This document shows positions 1 to 15,500 of a DNA stretch of 64,000 bases, piece after piece (position 1 is the first letter of the stretch; every line of letters begins with the position of its first letter). The notes under the pieces were generated by a model. It ran no database searches, was not told the origin of the DNA, and worked only from the letters and a program-made list of their open reading frames with translations. Source of the DNA: the human T2T-CHM13v2.0 reference genome, Homo sapiens. The position numbers and the translations under genes are program-made. The stretch lies in assembly GCF_009914755.1 (NCBI RefSeq), contig NC_060937.1. One strand, 5' to 3'.

Positions 1-216
1 CAAAGTACCCGAATATATAGCATACTGTACATAAAATATCAAAGTACCCAAAGTGTGTATTATACACTGCACATAAAATATGAAGGTACATAAAATATAT
101 ATTGTATTCTGTACATAAAATATCAAAGTACTCCAAATATATATTATATGCTGTACATAATATATTAAAGTCGCCCAAATATATATTATATACTGTACAT
201 AAAATATGAAGGTACA

Positions 217-3200
217 TCAAATATATATTATATGCTGCACATAAAATATCAAAGTACCCAAAGTATGTGTTATATACTGTACATAAAATATCAAAGTACC
301 CAAAGTATATATTATATACTGTACATAAAATATAAAATACCCCAAATATATATTATATGCTCTACATAAAATATCAAAGTACACAAAATATGTATTATAT
401 ACTGTACATAAAATACCAAAGGACCCAAAATATATATTATATACTGTACATAAAATATCAAAATACCCAAAATATATATTATATACTGTACATAAAATAC
501 CAAAGTACCCAAAGTATATATTATATACCGTACAAAAAATATCAAAGTAGCCAAAATATGTATTATACACTGTACATAATATATGAAAGTACCCAAACAT
601 TTATAATAAACTGTACATAAAATATCAATGTACTCAAACTATATATTATGTGCGGTACATAAGATATCAAAGTACCCATACTATATAGTATATACTGTAC
701 TTAAAATATCAAAATACCCAAAATATATATTATATACGTTACATAAACTATCAAATACACAAAGTATGTATTATATACTGTACATAAAGTAGCAAAGTTC
801 CCAAAATATGTATTACATACTGTACATAAAATATGAAAGTACCCAACCATTTATAATAAACTCTACATAAAATACCAAAGTACCCAAACTGTGTATTATA
901 TACTGTCCATAAAATATAAAAGTACCCAAAATATATATTGTAAACTCTACATAAAATATCAAAGTAGCCAAAATACATATTGTATACTGTACATAAAATA
1001 TAAAAGTACCCCAAATATATATTATATACTGTACATAAAATATCAAAGTACCCATAATACATATTATATACTGTACATAAAATATCAAAGGACCCAAAAT
1101 AAACATTATATACTGTACATAAAATATCCAAATACTCAAAATATATATTACATACTGTACATAAAATATCAAAGTACCCAAATTATGTATTATATACTGT
1201 ACGTAAAATATCAGAGTACCCAAAATATGCGTTATATACTGTACATAAAATATGAAAGTAACAAAACATTTATAATAAACTGTACATAAAATATCAAAGT
1301 ACTCAAACTATATATCATATACTGTACATAAAATATCAAAGTACCCAAACTGTGTATTACTACATACTGTATATAAAATATCAAAATACCTGAAATATAT
1401 ATTTTATACTGTACATAAAATATCAAAGTACCCAAAATATATACTATATACTGTACATAAAATATGAAGGTACATCAAATATACATTATATCCTGTACAT
1501 AAAATATCAAAGTACTCCTATTATATATTGTGTACTGTACATAATATATTAAATCGCCCAAATATATATTGTATACTGTATATAAAATATGAAGGTACTT
1601 CAAATATATATTATATGCTGCACATAAAATATCAAAGTACCCAAAGTATGCATTACATACTGTACATAAAATATCAAAGTACACAAATTATATATTATAT
1701 TCTGTACATAAAATATGTAGGTTCATCAAATATATTTTATATTCTGTACATAATATATCAAAGTACATCAAATATATATTATATACGGTACATAAAATAT
1801 CAAAGTACCCAAAATATGTACTATTTACTGTACCTAAAATATGAAAGTAACCAAACTTTTATAATAAACTGTACATAAAATATCAAAGTACTCAATCTAC
1901 ATATTATATACAGTATATAAAATATGAAAGTACACAAACTGTATATTATATACTGTACATAATATATCAAAGTACCCAGAATATATAGCATACTGTACAT
2001 ACAATATCAAAGTACCCAGAATGTATATTGTATACTGTACATAAAATATGAAGGTACATCAAAGATATATTATATTCTGTACATAAAATATCAAAGTACA
2101 CCAAATATATATTATATGCTGTACATAATATATTAAAGTTGCCCATGTATACATTTTATACTGTACATAAAATATGAAGGTACATCAAATATATAGTATA
2201 TGCTGCACATAAAATATCAAAGTACCCAAAGTATGTATTATATACTGTACATAAAATATCAAAGTACCAAAAGTATATATTACTTACTGTAAATAAAATA
2301 TGAAGATACCTCAAATATATATTATATTCTGTACATGAAATATCAAAGTACACCAAGTATATACTATATACTCTACATAAAATATTAAATTACCCAAAAT
2401 ATGTATTGTATTGTGTACATAAAATATGAAAGTAACCAAACATTTATAATAAACTGTACATAAAATATCAAAGTACTCAAACTTTATATTATATACTGTA
2501 CATAAAGTATCAAAGTACCCAAACTGTGTAGTATATACTGTACATAAAATATCAAGGTACCCAAAATGTATATTGTAAACTGTAGATAAAATATCAAAGT
2601 ACCCAAAATATATATTATATACTGTACATAAAATATGAAGGCACATCCAATATATATTATATTCTGTACATAAAATATCAAAGTACACCAAATGTATATT
2701 ATATACTGTACATAAAATAAAAAACTACCCCAAATATATATTATATACTCTACATAAAATATCAAAGTACACAAAATATATATTATATACTGTACATAAT
2801 ATATCAAAGTACCCATAGTATGTATTATATCCTGTACATAAAATATGAAAGTACGTCAATATATATTCTATTCTGCACATAAAATATCATATTGCACCAA
2901 ATATATATTGTATACTGTATATAAAATATGAAGGTACTTCAAATATATATTATATGCTGCACATAAAATATCAAAGTACCCAAAGTATGCATTATATACT
3001 GTACATAAAATATCAAATTACCCAAAGTGTATATTATATACTGTACATAAAATATGAAGGTTCATCAAATATATTTTATATTCTGCACATAATATATCAA
3101 AGTACAGCAAATATATATTATATACTGTACATAAAATAACAAAGTAACAAAAATATGTATTATATACTGTACATAAAATATGAAAGTAACCAAATATTTA

Positions 3201-3522
3201 TAATAAACTGTATATAAAATATCAAAGTACTCAAACTACATATTATATACAGTATATAAAATATCAAAGTACCCAAACTATATATTATATACTGTACATA
3301 CTATATCAAAGTACCCGAATATAGAGCATACTGTACATAAAATATCAAATTACCCAAAATATATATTGTATACTGTACATAAAATATGAAGGTACATCAA
3401 AGATATATTATATTCTGTACATAAAATATCAAAGTACACCAAATATATATTATATGCTGTACAGAATATATTAAAGTCGACCAAATGTATATTATATACT
3501 GTACATAAAATATGAAGGTACA
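217..3522 (+). repeat. HOR copy 1, long form L (79 monomers, 3,306 bp)
   Basis: Distance between equivalent landmarks (ORF coordinates 217 and 3523). Contains the L-specific 7-monomer block (about 2720-3012) with a 1-bp deletion near 2858. Confidence 0.88.
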
Positions 3523-5950
3523 TCAAATATATATTATATGCTGCACATAAAATATCAAAGTACCCAAAGTATGTGTTATATACTGTACATAAAATATCAA
3601 AGTACCCAAAGTATATATTATATACTGTACATAAAATATAAAATACCCCAAATATATATTATATGCTGTACATAAAATATCAAAGTACACAAAATATGCA
3701 TTATGTACTGTACATAAATTATCAAAGGACCCAAAATATATATTATATAGTGTACATAAAATATCAAAATACCCAAAATATATATTATATACTGTACATA
3801 AAATACCAAAGTACCCAAAGTATATATTATATACTGTATAAAAAATATCAAAGTAGCCAAAATATGTATTATACACTGTACATAATATATGAAAGTACCC
3901 AAACATTTATAATAAACTGTACATAAAATATCAATGTACTCAAACTATATATTATGTGCGGTACTTAAGATATCAAAGTACCCATACTATATAGTATGTA
4001 CTGTACTTAAAATATCAAAATACCCAAAATATATATTATATACGTTACATAAACTTTCAAATACACAAAGTATGTATTACATACTGTACATAAAATAGCA
4101 AAGTTCCCAAAATATGTATTATATACTGTACATAAAATATGAAAGTACCCAACCATTTATAATAAACTCTACATAAAATACCAAAGTACCCAAACTGTGT
4201 ATTATATACTCTCCATAAAATATCAAAGTACCCAAAATATATATTGTCAACTGTACATGAAATATCAAAGTAGCCAAAATATATATAGTATACCGTACAT
4301 AAAATATAAAAGTACCCCAAATATGTATTATATACTGTACATAAAATATCAAAGTACCGATAATACATATTATATACTGTACATAAAATATCAGAGGACC
4401 CAAAATAAACATTATATACTGTACATAAAATCTCCAAATACTCAAAATATATATTACATACTGTACATAAAATATCAAAGTACCCAAATTATTTATTATA
4501 TACTGTACATAAAATATCAGAGTACCCAAAATATGCATTATATACTGTACATAAAATATGAAAGTAACAAAACATTTATAATAAACTGTACATAAAATAT
4601 CAAAGTACTCAAACTATATATCATATACTGTACATAAAATATCAAAGTACCCAAACTGTGTATTATTATATACTGTATATAAAATATAAAAGTACCTGAA
4701 ATATATACTGTATACTGTACATAAAATATCAAAGTACCCAAAATATATACTATATACTGTACATAAAATATGAAGGTACATCAAATATATATTATATCCT
4801 GTACATAAAATATCAAAGTACACCTATTATATATTGTGTACTGTACATAATATATTAAATCGCCCAAATATATATTGTATACTGTATATAAAATATGAAG
4901 GTACTTCAAATATATATTATATGCTGCACATAAAATATCAAAGTACCCAAAGTATGCATTACATACTGTACATAAAATATCAAAGTACACATATTATCTA
5001 TTATATAATGTACATAAAATATGAAGGTTCATCAAATATATATTATATTCTGTACATAAAACATCAAAGTACACCAAGTATATACTATATACTCTGCATA
5101 AAATATTAAATTACCCAAAATATGTATTGCATTGTGTACATAAAATATGAAAGTAACCAAACATTTATAATAAACTGTACATAAAATTTCAAAGTACTCA
5201 AACTGTATATTATATACTGTACATAAAGTATCAAAGTACCCAAACTGTGTAGTATATACTGTACATAAAATATCAAGGTACCCAAAATATATATTGTAAA
5301 CTGTAGATAAAATATCAAAGTACCCAAAATATATATTATATACTGTACATAAAATATGAAGGCACATCCAATATATACTATATTCTGTACATAAAATATC
5401 AAAGTACACCAAATGTATATTATATACTGTACAAAAAATATCAAAGTACCCAAAGTGTATATTATATACTGTACATAAAGTATGAAGGTTCATCAAATAT
5501 ATTTTATATTCTGCACATAATATATCAAAGTACAGCAAATATATATTATATACTGTACATAAAATATCAAAGTACCCAGAATATGTATTATATACTGTAC
5601 ATAAAATATGAAAGTAAGCAAACATTTGTAATAAAATGTACATAAAGTAACAAAGTACTCAAACTACATATTATATACAGTATATAAAATGTCAAAGTAC
5701 CCAAACTGTATATTATATACTGTACATAATATATCAAAGTACCCGAATATATAGCATACTGTACATAAAATATCAAAGTACCCAAAGTGTGTATTATACA
5801 CTGCACATAAAATATGAAGGTACATAAAATATATATTGTATTCTGTACATAAAATATCAAAGTACTCCAAATATATATTATATGCTGTACATAATATATT
5901 AAAGTCGCCCAAATATATATTATATACTGTACATAAAATATGAAGGTACA
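3523..5950 (+). repeat. HOR copy 2, short form S with 14-monomer (585 bp) deletion (2,428 bp)
   Basis: 3013-585=2428. Junction near 5032-5059 joins the GAAGGTTCATC monomer directly to ACATCAAAGTACACCAAG. Confidence 0.85.
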
Positions 5951-8900
5951 TCAAATATATATTATATGCTGCACATAAAATATCAAAGTACCCAAAGTAT
6001 GTGTTATATACTGTACATAAAATATCAAAGTACCCAAAGTATATATTATATACTGTACATAAAATATAAAATACCCCAAATATATATTATATGCTGTACA
6101 TAAAATATCAAAGTACACAAAATATGTATTATATACTGTACATAAAATACCAAAGGACCCAAAATATATATTATATACTGTACATAAAATATCAAAATAC
6201 CCAAAATATATATTATATACTGTACATAAAATACCAAAGTACCCAAAGTATATATTATATACCGTACAAAAAATATCAAAGTAGCCAAAATATGTATTAT
6301 ACACTGTACATAATATATGAAAGTACCCAAACATTTATAATAAACTGTACATAAAATATCAATGTACTCAAACTATATATTATGTGCGGTACATAAGATA
6401 TCAAATTACCCATACTGTATAGTATATACTGTACTTAAAATATCAAAATACCCAAAATATATATTATATACGTTACATAAACTATCAAATACACAAAGTA
6501 TGTATTATATACTGTACATAAAATAGCAAAGTTCCCAAAATATGTATTATATATATTATAAATATGTACATAAAATATGAAAGTACCCAACCATTTATAA
6601 TAAACTCTACATAAAACACCAAAGTACCCAAACTGTGTATTATATACTGTCCATAAAATATCAAAGGACTCAAAATATATATTGTAAACTCTACATAAAA
6701 TATCAAAGTAGCCAAAATACATATTGTATACTGTACATAAAATATAAAAGTACCCCAAATATATATTATATACTGTACATAAAATATCAAAGTACCCATA
6801 ATACATAGTATATACTGTACATAAAATATCAAAGGACCCAAAATAAACATTATATACTGTACATAAAATATCCAAATACTCAAAATATATATTACATACT
6901 GTACATAAAATATCAAAGTACCCAAATTATGTATTATATACTGTACGTAAAATATGAGAGTACCCAAAATATGCATTATATTCTGTACATAAAATATGAA
7001 AGTAACAAAACATTTATAATAAACTGTACATAAAATATCAAAGTACTCAAACTATATATCATATACTGTATATAAAATATCAAAGTACCCAAACTGTGTA
7101 TTATTATATACTGTATATAAAATATCAAAGTACCTGAAATATATATTGTATACTGTACATAAAATATCAAAGTACCCAAAATATATACGATATACTGTAC
7201 ATAAAATATGAAGGTACATCAAATATATATTATATCCTGTACATAAAATATCAAAGTACACCTATTATATATTGTGTACTGTACATAATATATTAAATCG
7301 CCCAAATATATATTGTATACTGTATATAAAATATGAAGGTACTTCAAATATATATTATATGCTGCACATAAAATATCAAAGTACCCAAGGTATGCATTAC
7401 ATACTGTACATAAAATATCAAAGTACACAAATTATATATTATATACTGTACATAAAATATGTAGGTTCATCAAATATATTTTATATTCTGTACATAATAT
7501 ATCAAAGTACATCAAATATATATTATATACGGTACATAAAATATCAAATTACCCAAAATATGCATTATTTACTGTACATAAAATATGAAAGTAACCAAAC
7601 ATTTATAATAAACTGTACATAAATTATCAAAGTACTCAATCTACATATTATATACAGTATATAAAATATCAAAGTACACAAACTGTATATTATATACTGT
7701 ACATAATATGTCAAAGTACCCAGAATATATAGCATACTGTACATACAATATCAAAGTACCCAGAATGTATATTGTATACTGTACATAAAATATGAAGGTA
7801 CATCAAAGATATATTATATTCTGTACATAAAATATCAAACTACACCAAATATATATTATATGCTGTACATAATATATTAAAGTTGCCCATGTATACATTT
7901 TATACTGTACATAAAATATGAAGGTACATCAAATATATAGTATATGCTGCACATAAAATATCAAAGTATCCAAAGTATGTATTATATACTGTACATAAAA
8001 TATCAAAGTACCAAAAGTATATATTACCTACTGTAAATAAAATATGAAGGTACCTCAAATATATATTATATTCTGTACATGAAATATCAAAGTACACCAA
8101 GTATATACTATATACTCTACATAAAATATTAAATTACCCAAAATATGTATTGTATTGTGTACATAAATTATGAAAGTAACCAAACATTTATAATAAACTG
8201 TACATAAAATATCAAAGTACTCAAACTTTATATTATATACTGTACATAAAGTATCAAAGTACCCAAACTGTGTAGTATATACTGTACATAAAATATCAAG
8301 GTACCCAAAATGTATATTGTAAACTGTAGATAAAATATCAAAGTACCCAAAATATATATTATATACTGTACATAAAATATGAAGGCACATCCAATATATA
8401 TTATATTCTGTACATAAAATATCAAAGTACACCAAATGTATATTATATACTGTACATAAAATATAAAAGTACCCCAAATATATATTATATACTCTACATA
8501 AAATATCAAAGTACCCAAAATAATATATTATACACTGTACATAAAATATCAAAGTACCCATAGTATGTATTATATCCTGTACATAAAATATGAAGATACA
8601 TCAAATATATATTCTATTCTGCACATAAAATATCATATTGCACCAAATATATATTGTATACTGTATATAAAATATGAAGGTACTTCAAATATATATTATA
8701 TGCTGCACATAAAATATCAAAGTACCCAAAGTATGCATTACATACTGTACATAAAATATCAAAGTACCCAAAGTGTATATTATATACTGTACAAAAAATA
8801 TGAAGGTTCATCAAATATATTTTATATTCTGCACATAATATATGAAAGTACAGCAAATATATATTATATACTGTACATAAAATAACAAAGTACCAAAAAT

Positions 8901-9268
8901 ATGTATTATATACTGTACATAAAATATGAAAGTAAGCAAATATTTATAATAAACTGTATATAAAATATCAAAGTACTCAAACTACATATTATATACAGTA
9001 TATAAAATATCAAAGTACCCAAACTGTATATTATATACTGTACATACTATATCAAAGTACCCGAATATATAGCATACTGTACATAAAATATCAAAGTACC
9101 CAAAATATATATTGTATACTGTACATAAAATATGAAGGTACATCAAAGATATATTATATTCTGTACATAAAATATCAAAGTACACCAAATATATATTATA
9201 TGCTGTACATAATATATTAAAGTCGACCAAATATATATTATATACTGTACATAAAATATGAAGATACA
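5951..9268 (+). repeat. HOR copy 3, L form with 10-bp AT insertion (3,318 bp)
   Basis: Landmarks 5951 to 9269. Net +10 bp at about 6554-6564 and +1 bp near 8522. Confidence 0.85.
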
Positions 9269-12200
9269 TCAAATATATATTATATGCTGCACATAAAATA
9301 TCAAAGTACCCAAAGTATGTATTATATACTGTACATAAAATATCAAAGTACCCAAAGTATATATTATATACTGTACATAAAATATAAAATACCCCAAATA
9401 TATATTATATGCTGTACATAAAATATCAAAGTACACAAAATATGTATTATGTACTGTACATAAAATATCAAAGGATCCAATATATATATTATATAGTGTA
9501 CATAAAATATCAAAATACCCAAAATATATATTATATACTGTACATAAAATACCAAAGTACCCAAAGTATATATTATATACCGTACAAAAAATATCAAAGT
9601 AGCCAAAATATGTATTATACACTGTACATAATATATGAAAGTACCCAAACATTTATAATAAACTGTACATAAAATATCAATGTACTCAAACTATATATTA
9701 TGTGCGGTACATAAGATATCAAATTACCCATACTATATAGTATATACTGTACTTAAAATATCAAAATACCCAAAATATATATTATATACGTTACATAAAC
9801 TATCAAATACACAAAGTATGTATTATATACTGTACATAAAATAGCAAAGTTCCCAAAATATGTATTATATACTGTACATAAAATATGAAAGTACCCAACC
9901 ATTTATAATAAAGTCTACATAAAATACCAAAGTACCCAAACTGTGTATTATATACTGTCCATAAAATATCAAAGGACCCAAAATATATATTGTAAACTCT
10001 ACATAAAATATCAAAGTAGCCAAAATACATATTGTATACTGTACATAAAATATAAAAGTACCCCAAATATGTATTATATACTGTACATAAAATATCAAAG
10101 TACCCATAATACATATTATATACTGTACATAAAATATCAAAGGACCCAAAATAAACATTATATACTGTACATAAAATATCCAAATACTCAAAATATATAT
10201 TACGTACTGTACATAAAATATCAAAGTACCCAAATTAGTATTATATACTGTACGTAAAATATCAGAGTACCCAAAATATGCATTATATACTGTACATAAA
10301 ATATGAAAGTAAGAATACATTTATAATAAACTGTACATAAAATATCAAAGTACTCAAACTATATATCATATACTGTACATAAAATATCAAAGTACCCAAA
10401 CTGTGTATTATTATATACTGTATATAAAATATCAAAGTACCTGAAATATATATTGTATACTGTACATAAAATATCAAAGTACCCAAAATATATACTATAT
10501 ACTGTACATAAAATATGAAGGTACATCAAATATATATTATATCCTGTACATAAAATATCAAAGTACACCTATTATATATTGTGTACTGTACATAATATAT
10601 TAAATCGCCCAAATATATATTGTATACTGTATATAAAATATGAAGGTACTTCAAATATATATTATATGCTGCACATAAAATATCAAAGTACCCAAAGTAT
10701 GCATTACATACTGTACATAAAATATCAAAGTACACATATTATCTATTATATAATGTACATAAAATATGAAGGTTCATCAAATATATATTATATTCTGTAC
10801 ATAATATATCAAAGTACATCAAATATATATTATATACTGTACATAAAATATCAAAGTACCAAAAATATGTATTATATACTGTACATAAAACATGAAAGTA
10901 ACCAAACATTTATAATAAACTGTACATAAAATATCAAAGTACTCAATCTACATATTATATACAGTATATAAAATATCAAAGTACACAAACTGTATATTAT
11001 ATACTGTACATAATATATCAAAGTACCCAGAATATATAGCATACTGTACATACAATATCAAAGTACCCAGAATGTATATTGTATTCTGTACATAAAATAT
11101 GAATGTACATCAAAGATATATTATATTCTGTACATAAAATATCAAAGTACACCAAATATATATTATATGCTGTACATAATATATTAAAGTTGCCCATGCA
11201 TACATTTTATACTGTACATAAAATATGAAGGTACATCAAATATATAGTATATGCTGCACATAAAATATCAAAGTACCCAAAGTATGTATTATATACTGTA
11301 CATAAAATATCAAAGTACCAAAAGTATATATTACCTACTGTAAATAAAATATGAAGATACCTCAAATATATATTATATTCTGTACATGAAATATCAAAGT
11401 ACACCAAGTATATACTATATAGTCTACATAAAATATTAAATTACCCAAAATATGTATTGTATTGTGTACATAAAATATGAAAGTAACCAAACATTTATAA
11501 TAAACTGTACATAAAATATCAAAGTACTCAAACTTTATATTATATACTGTACATAAAGTATCAAAGTACCCAAACTGTGTAGTATATACTGTACATAAAA
11601 TATCAAGGTACCCAAAATGTATATTGTAAACTGTAGATAAAATATCAAAGTACCCAAAATATATATTATATACTGTACATAAAATATGAAGGCTCATCCA
11701 ATATATATTATATTCTGTACATAAAATATCAAAGTACACCAAATGTATATTATATACTGTACATAAAATATAAAACTACGCCAAATATATCTTATATACT
11801 CTACATAAAATATCAAAGTACCCAAAATATATATTATATACTGTACATAAAATATCAAAGTACCCATAGTATGTATTATATCCTGTACGTAAAATATGAA
11901 GGTACATCAAATATATATTCTATTCTGCACATAAAATATCATATTGCACCAAATATATATTGTATACTGTATATAAAATATGAAGGTACTTCAAATATAT
12001 ATTATATGCTGCACATAAAATATCAAAGTACCCAAAGTATGCATTATATACTGTACATAAAATATCAAAGTACCCAAAGTGTATATTATATACTGTACAT
12101 AAAATATGAAGGTTCATCAAATATATTTTATATTCTGCACATAATATATCAAAGTACAGCAAATATATATTATATACTGTACATAAAATATCAAAGTACC

Positions 12201-12574
12201 CAAAATATGTATTATATACTGTACATAAAATATGAAAGTAACCAAACATTTATAATAAACTGTACATAAAATATCAAAGTACTCAAACTACATATTATAT
12301 ACAGTATATAAAATGTCAAAGTACCCAAACTGTATATTATATACTGTACATAATATATCAAAGTACCCAAATATATAGCATACTGTACATAAAATATCAA
12401 AGTACCCAAAGTGTGTATTATACACTGCACATAAAATATGAAGGTACATCAAAGATATATTATATTCTGTACATAAAATATCAAAGTACACCAAATATAT
12501 ATTATATGCTGTACAGAATATATTAAAGTCGACCAAATATATATTATATACTGTACATAAAATATGAAGGTACA
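9269..12574 (+). repeat. HOR copy 4, L form (3,306 bp)
   Basis: Landmarks 9269 to 12575. The L-specific block (AACTACGCC...CATATTGCACC) is present, with a 1-bp deletion near 10238. Confidence 0.85.
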
Positions 12575-15500
12575 TCAAATATATATTATATGCTGCACAT
12601 AAAATATCAAAGTACCCAAAGTATGTATTATATACTGTACATAAAATATCAAAGTACCCAAAGTATATATTATATACTGTACATAAAATATAAAATACCC
12701 CAAATATATATTATATCCTGTACATAAAATATCAAAGTACCCAAAATATATATTGTAAACTGTACATAAAATATCAAAGTAGCCAAAATATATATTGTAT
12801 ACTGTCCATAAAATATAAAAGTACCCCAAATATGTATTATATACTGTACATAAAATATCAAAGTACCGATAATACATATTATATACTGTACATAAAATAT
12901 CAAAGGACCCAAAATAAACATTATATACTGTACATAAAATATCCAAATACTCAAAATATATATTACATACTGTACATAAAATATCAAAGTACCCAAATTA
13001 TGTATTATATACTGTACATAAAATATCAGAGTACCCAAAATATGCATTATATACTGTACATAAAATATGAAAGTAACAAAACATTTATAATAAACTGTAC
13101 ATAAAATATCAAAGTACTCAAACTATATATCATATACTGTACATAAAATATCAAAGTACCCAAACTGTGTATTATTATATACTGTATATAAAATATCAAA
13201 GTACCTGAAATATATACTGTATACTGTACATAAAATATCAAAGTACCCAAAATATATACTATATACTGTACATAAAATATGAAGGTACATCAAATATATA
13301 TTATATCCTGTACATAAAATATCAAAGTACACCTATTATATATTGTGTACTGTACATAATATATTAAATCGCCCAAATATATATTGTATACTGTATATAA
13401 AATATGAAGGTACTTCAAATATATATTATATGCTGCACATAAAATATCAAAGTACCCAAAGTATGCATTACATACTGTACATAAAATATCAAAGTACACA
13501 TATTATCTATTATATAATGTACATAAAATATGAAGGTTCATCAAATATATATTATATTCTGTACATAATATATCAAAGTACATCAAATATATATTATATA
13601 CTGTACATAAAATATCAAAGTACCAAAAATATGTATTATATACTGTACATAAAACATGAAAGTAACCAAACATTTATAATAAACTGTACATAAAATATCA
13701 AAGTACTCAATCTACATATTATATACAGTATATAAAATATCAAAGTACACAAACTGTATATTATATACTGTACATAATATATCAAAGTACCCAGAATATA
13801 TAGCATACTGTACATACAATATCAAAGTACCCAGAATGTATATTGTATTCTGTACATAAAATATGAATGTACATCAAAGATATATTATATTCTGTACATA
13901 AAATATCAAAGTACACCAAATATATATTATATGCTGTACATAATATATTAAAGTTGCCCATGCATACATTTTATACTGTACATAAAATATGAAGGTACAT
14001 CAAATATATAGTATATGCTGCACATAAAATATCAAAGTACCCAAAGTATGTATTATATACTGTACATAAAATATCAAAGTACCAAAAGTATATATTACCT
14101 ACTGTAAATAAAATATGAAGATACCTCAAATATATATTATATTCTGTACATGAAATATCAAAGTACACCAAGTATATACTATATAGTCTACATAAAATAT
14201 TAAATTACCCAAAATATGTATTGTATTGTGTACATAAAATATGAAAGTAACCAAACATTTATAATAAACTGTACATAAAATATCAAAGTACTCAAACTTT
14301 ATATTATATACTGTACATAAAGTATCAAAGTACCCAAACTGTGTAGTATATACTGTACATAAAATATCAAGGTACCCAAAATGTATATTGTAAACTGTAG
14401 ATAAAATATCAAAGTACCCAAAATATATATTATATACTGTACATAAAATATGAAGGCTCATCCAATATATATTATATTCTGTACATAAAATATCAAAGTA
14501 CACCAAATGTATATTATATACTGTACATAAAATATAAAACTACGCCAAATATATCTTATATACTCTACATAAAATATCAAAGTACCCAAAATATATATTA
14601 TATACTGTACATAAAATATCAAAGTACCCATAGTATGTATTATATCCTGTACGTAAAATATGAAGGTACATCAAATATATATTCTATTCTGCACATAAAA
14701 TATCATATTGCACCAAATATATATTGTATACTGTATATAAAATATGAAGGTACTTCAAATATATATTATATGCTGCACATAAAATATCAAAGTACCCAAA
14801 GTATGCATTATATACTGTACATAAAATATCAAAGTACCCAAAGTGTATATTATATACTGTACATAAAATATGAAGGTTCATCAAATATATTTTATATTCT
14901 GCACATAATATATCAAAGTACAGCAAATATATATTATATACTGTACATAAAATATCAAAGTACCCAAAATATGTATTATATACTGTACATAAAATATGAA
15001 AGTAACCAAACATTTATAATAAACTGTACATAAAATATCAAAGTACTCAAACTACATATTATATACAGTATATAAAATGTCAAAGTACCCAAACTGTATA
15101 TTATATACTGTACATAATATATCAAAGGACCCAAATATATAGCATACTGTACATAAAATATCAAAGTACCCAAAGTGTGTATTATACACTGCACATAAAA
15201 TATGAAGGTACATCAAAGATATATTATATTCTGTACATAAAATATCAAAGTACACCAAATATATATTATATGCTGTACAGAATATATTAAAGTCGACCAA
15301 ATATATATTATATACTGTACATAAAATATGAAGGTACATCAAATATATATTATATGCTGCACATAAAATATCAAAGTACCCAAAGTATGTATTATATACT
15401 GTACATAAAATATCAAAGTACCCAAAGTATATATTATATACTGTACATAAAATATAAAATACCCCAAATATATATTATATCCTGTACATAAAATATCAAA

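Noticed and set aside
1575-1592. TATA-box-like GTATATAAAA variants
   Set aside because: A single C>T change from the consensus produces them. There is no other promoter context, so they are unsupported as promoters.
1903-1921. Short inverted repeat TTATATAC-A-GTATATAA and similar AT palindromes in every HOR
   Set aside because: Arms are only about 8 bp and expected in TA-rich sequence. This is not a PATRR-scale palindrome or a terminator.
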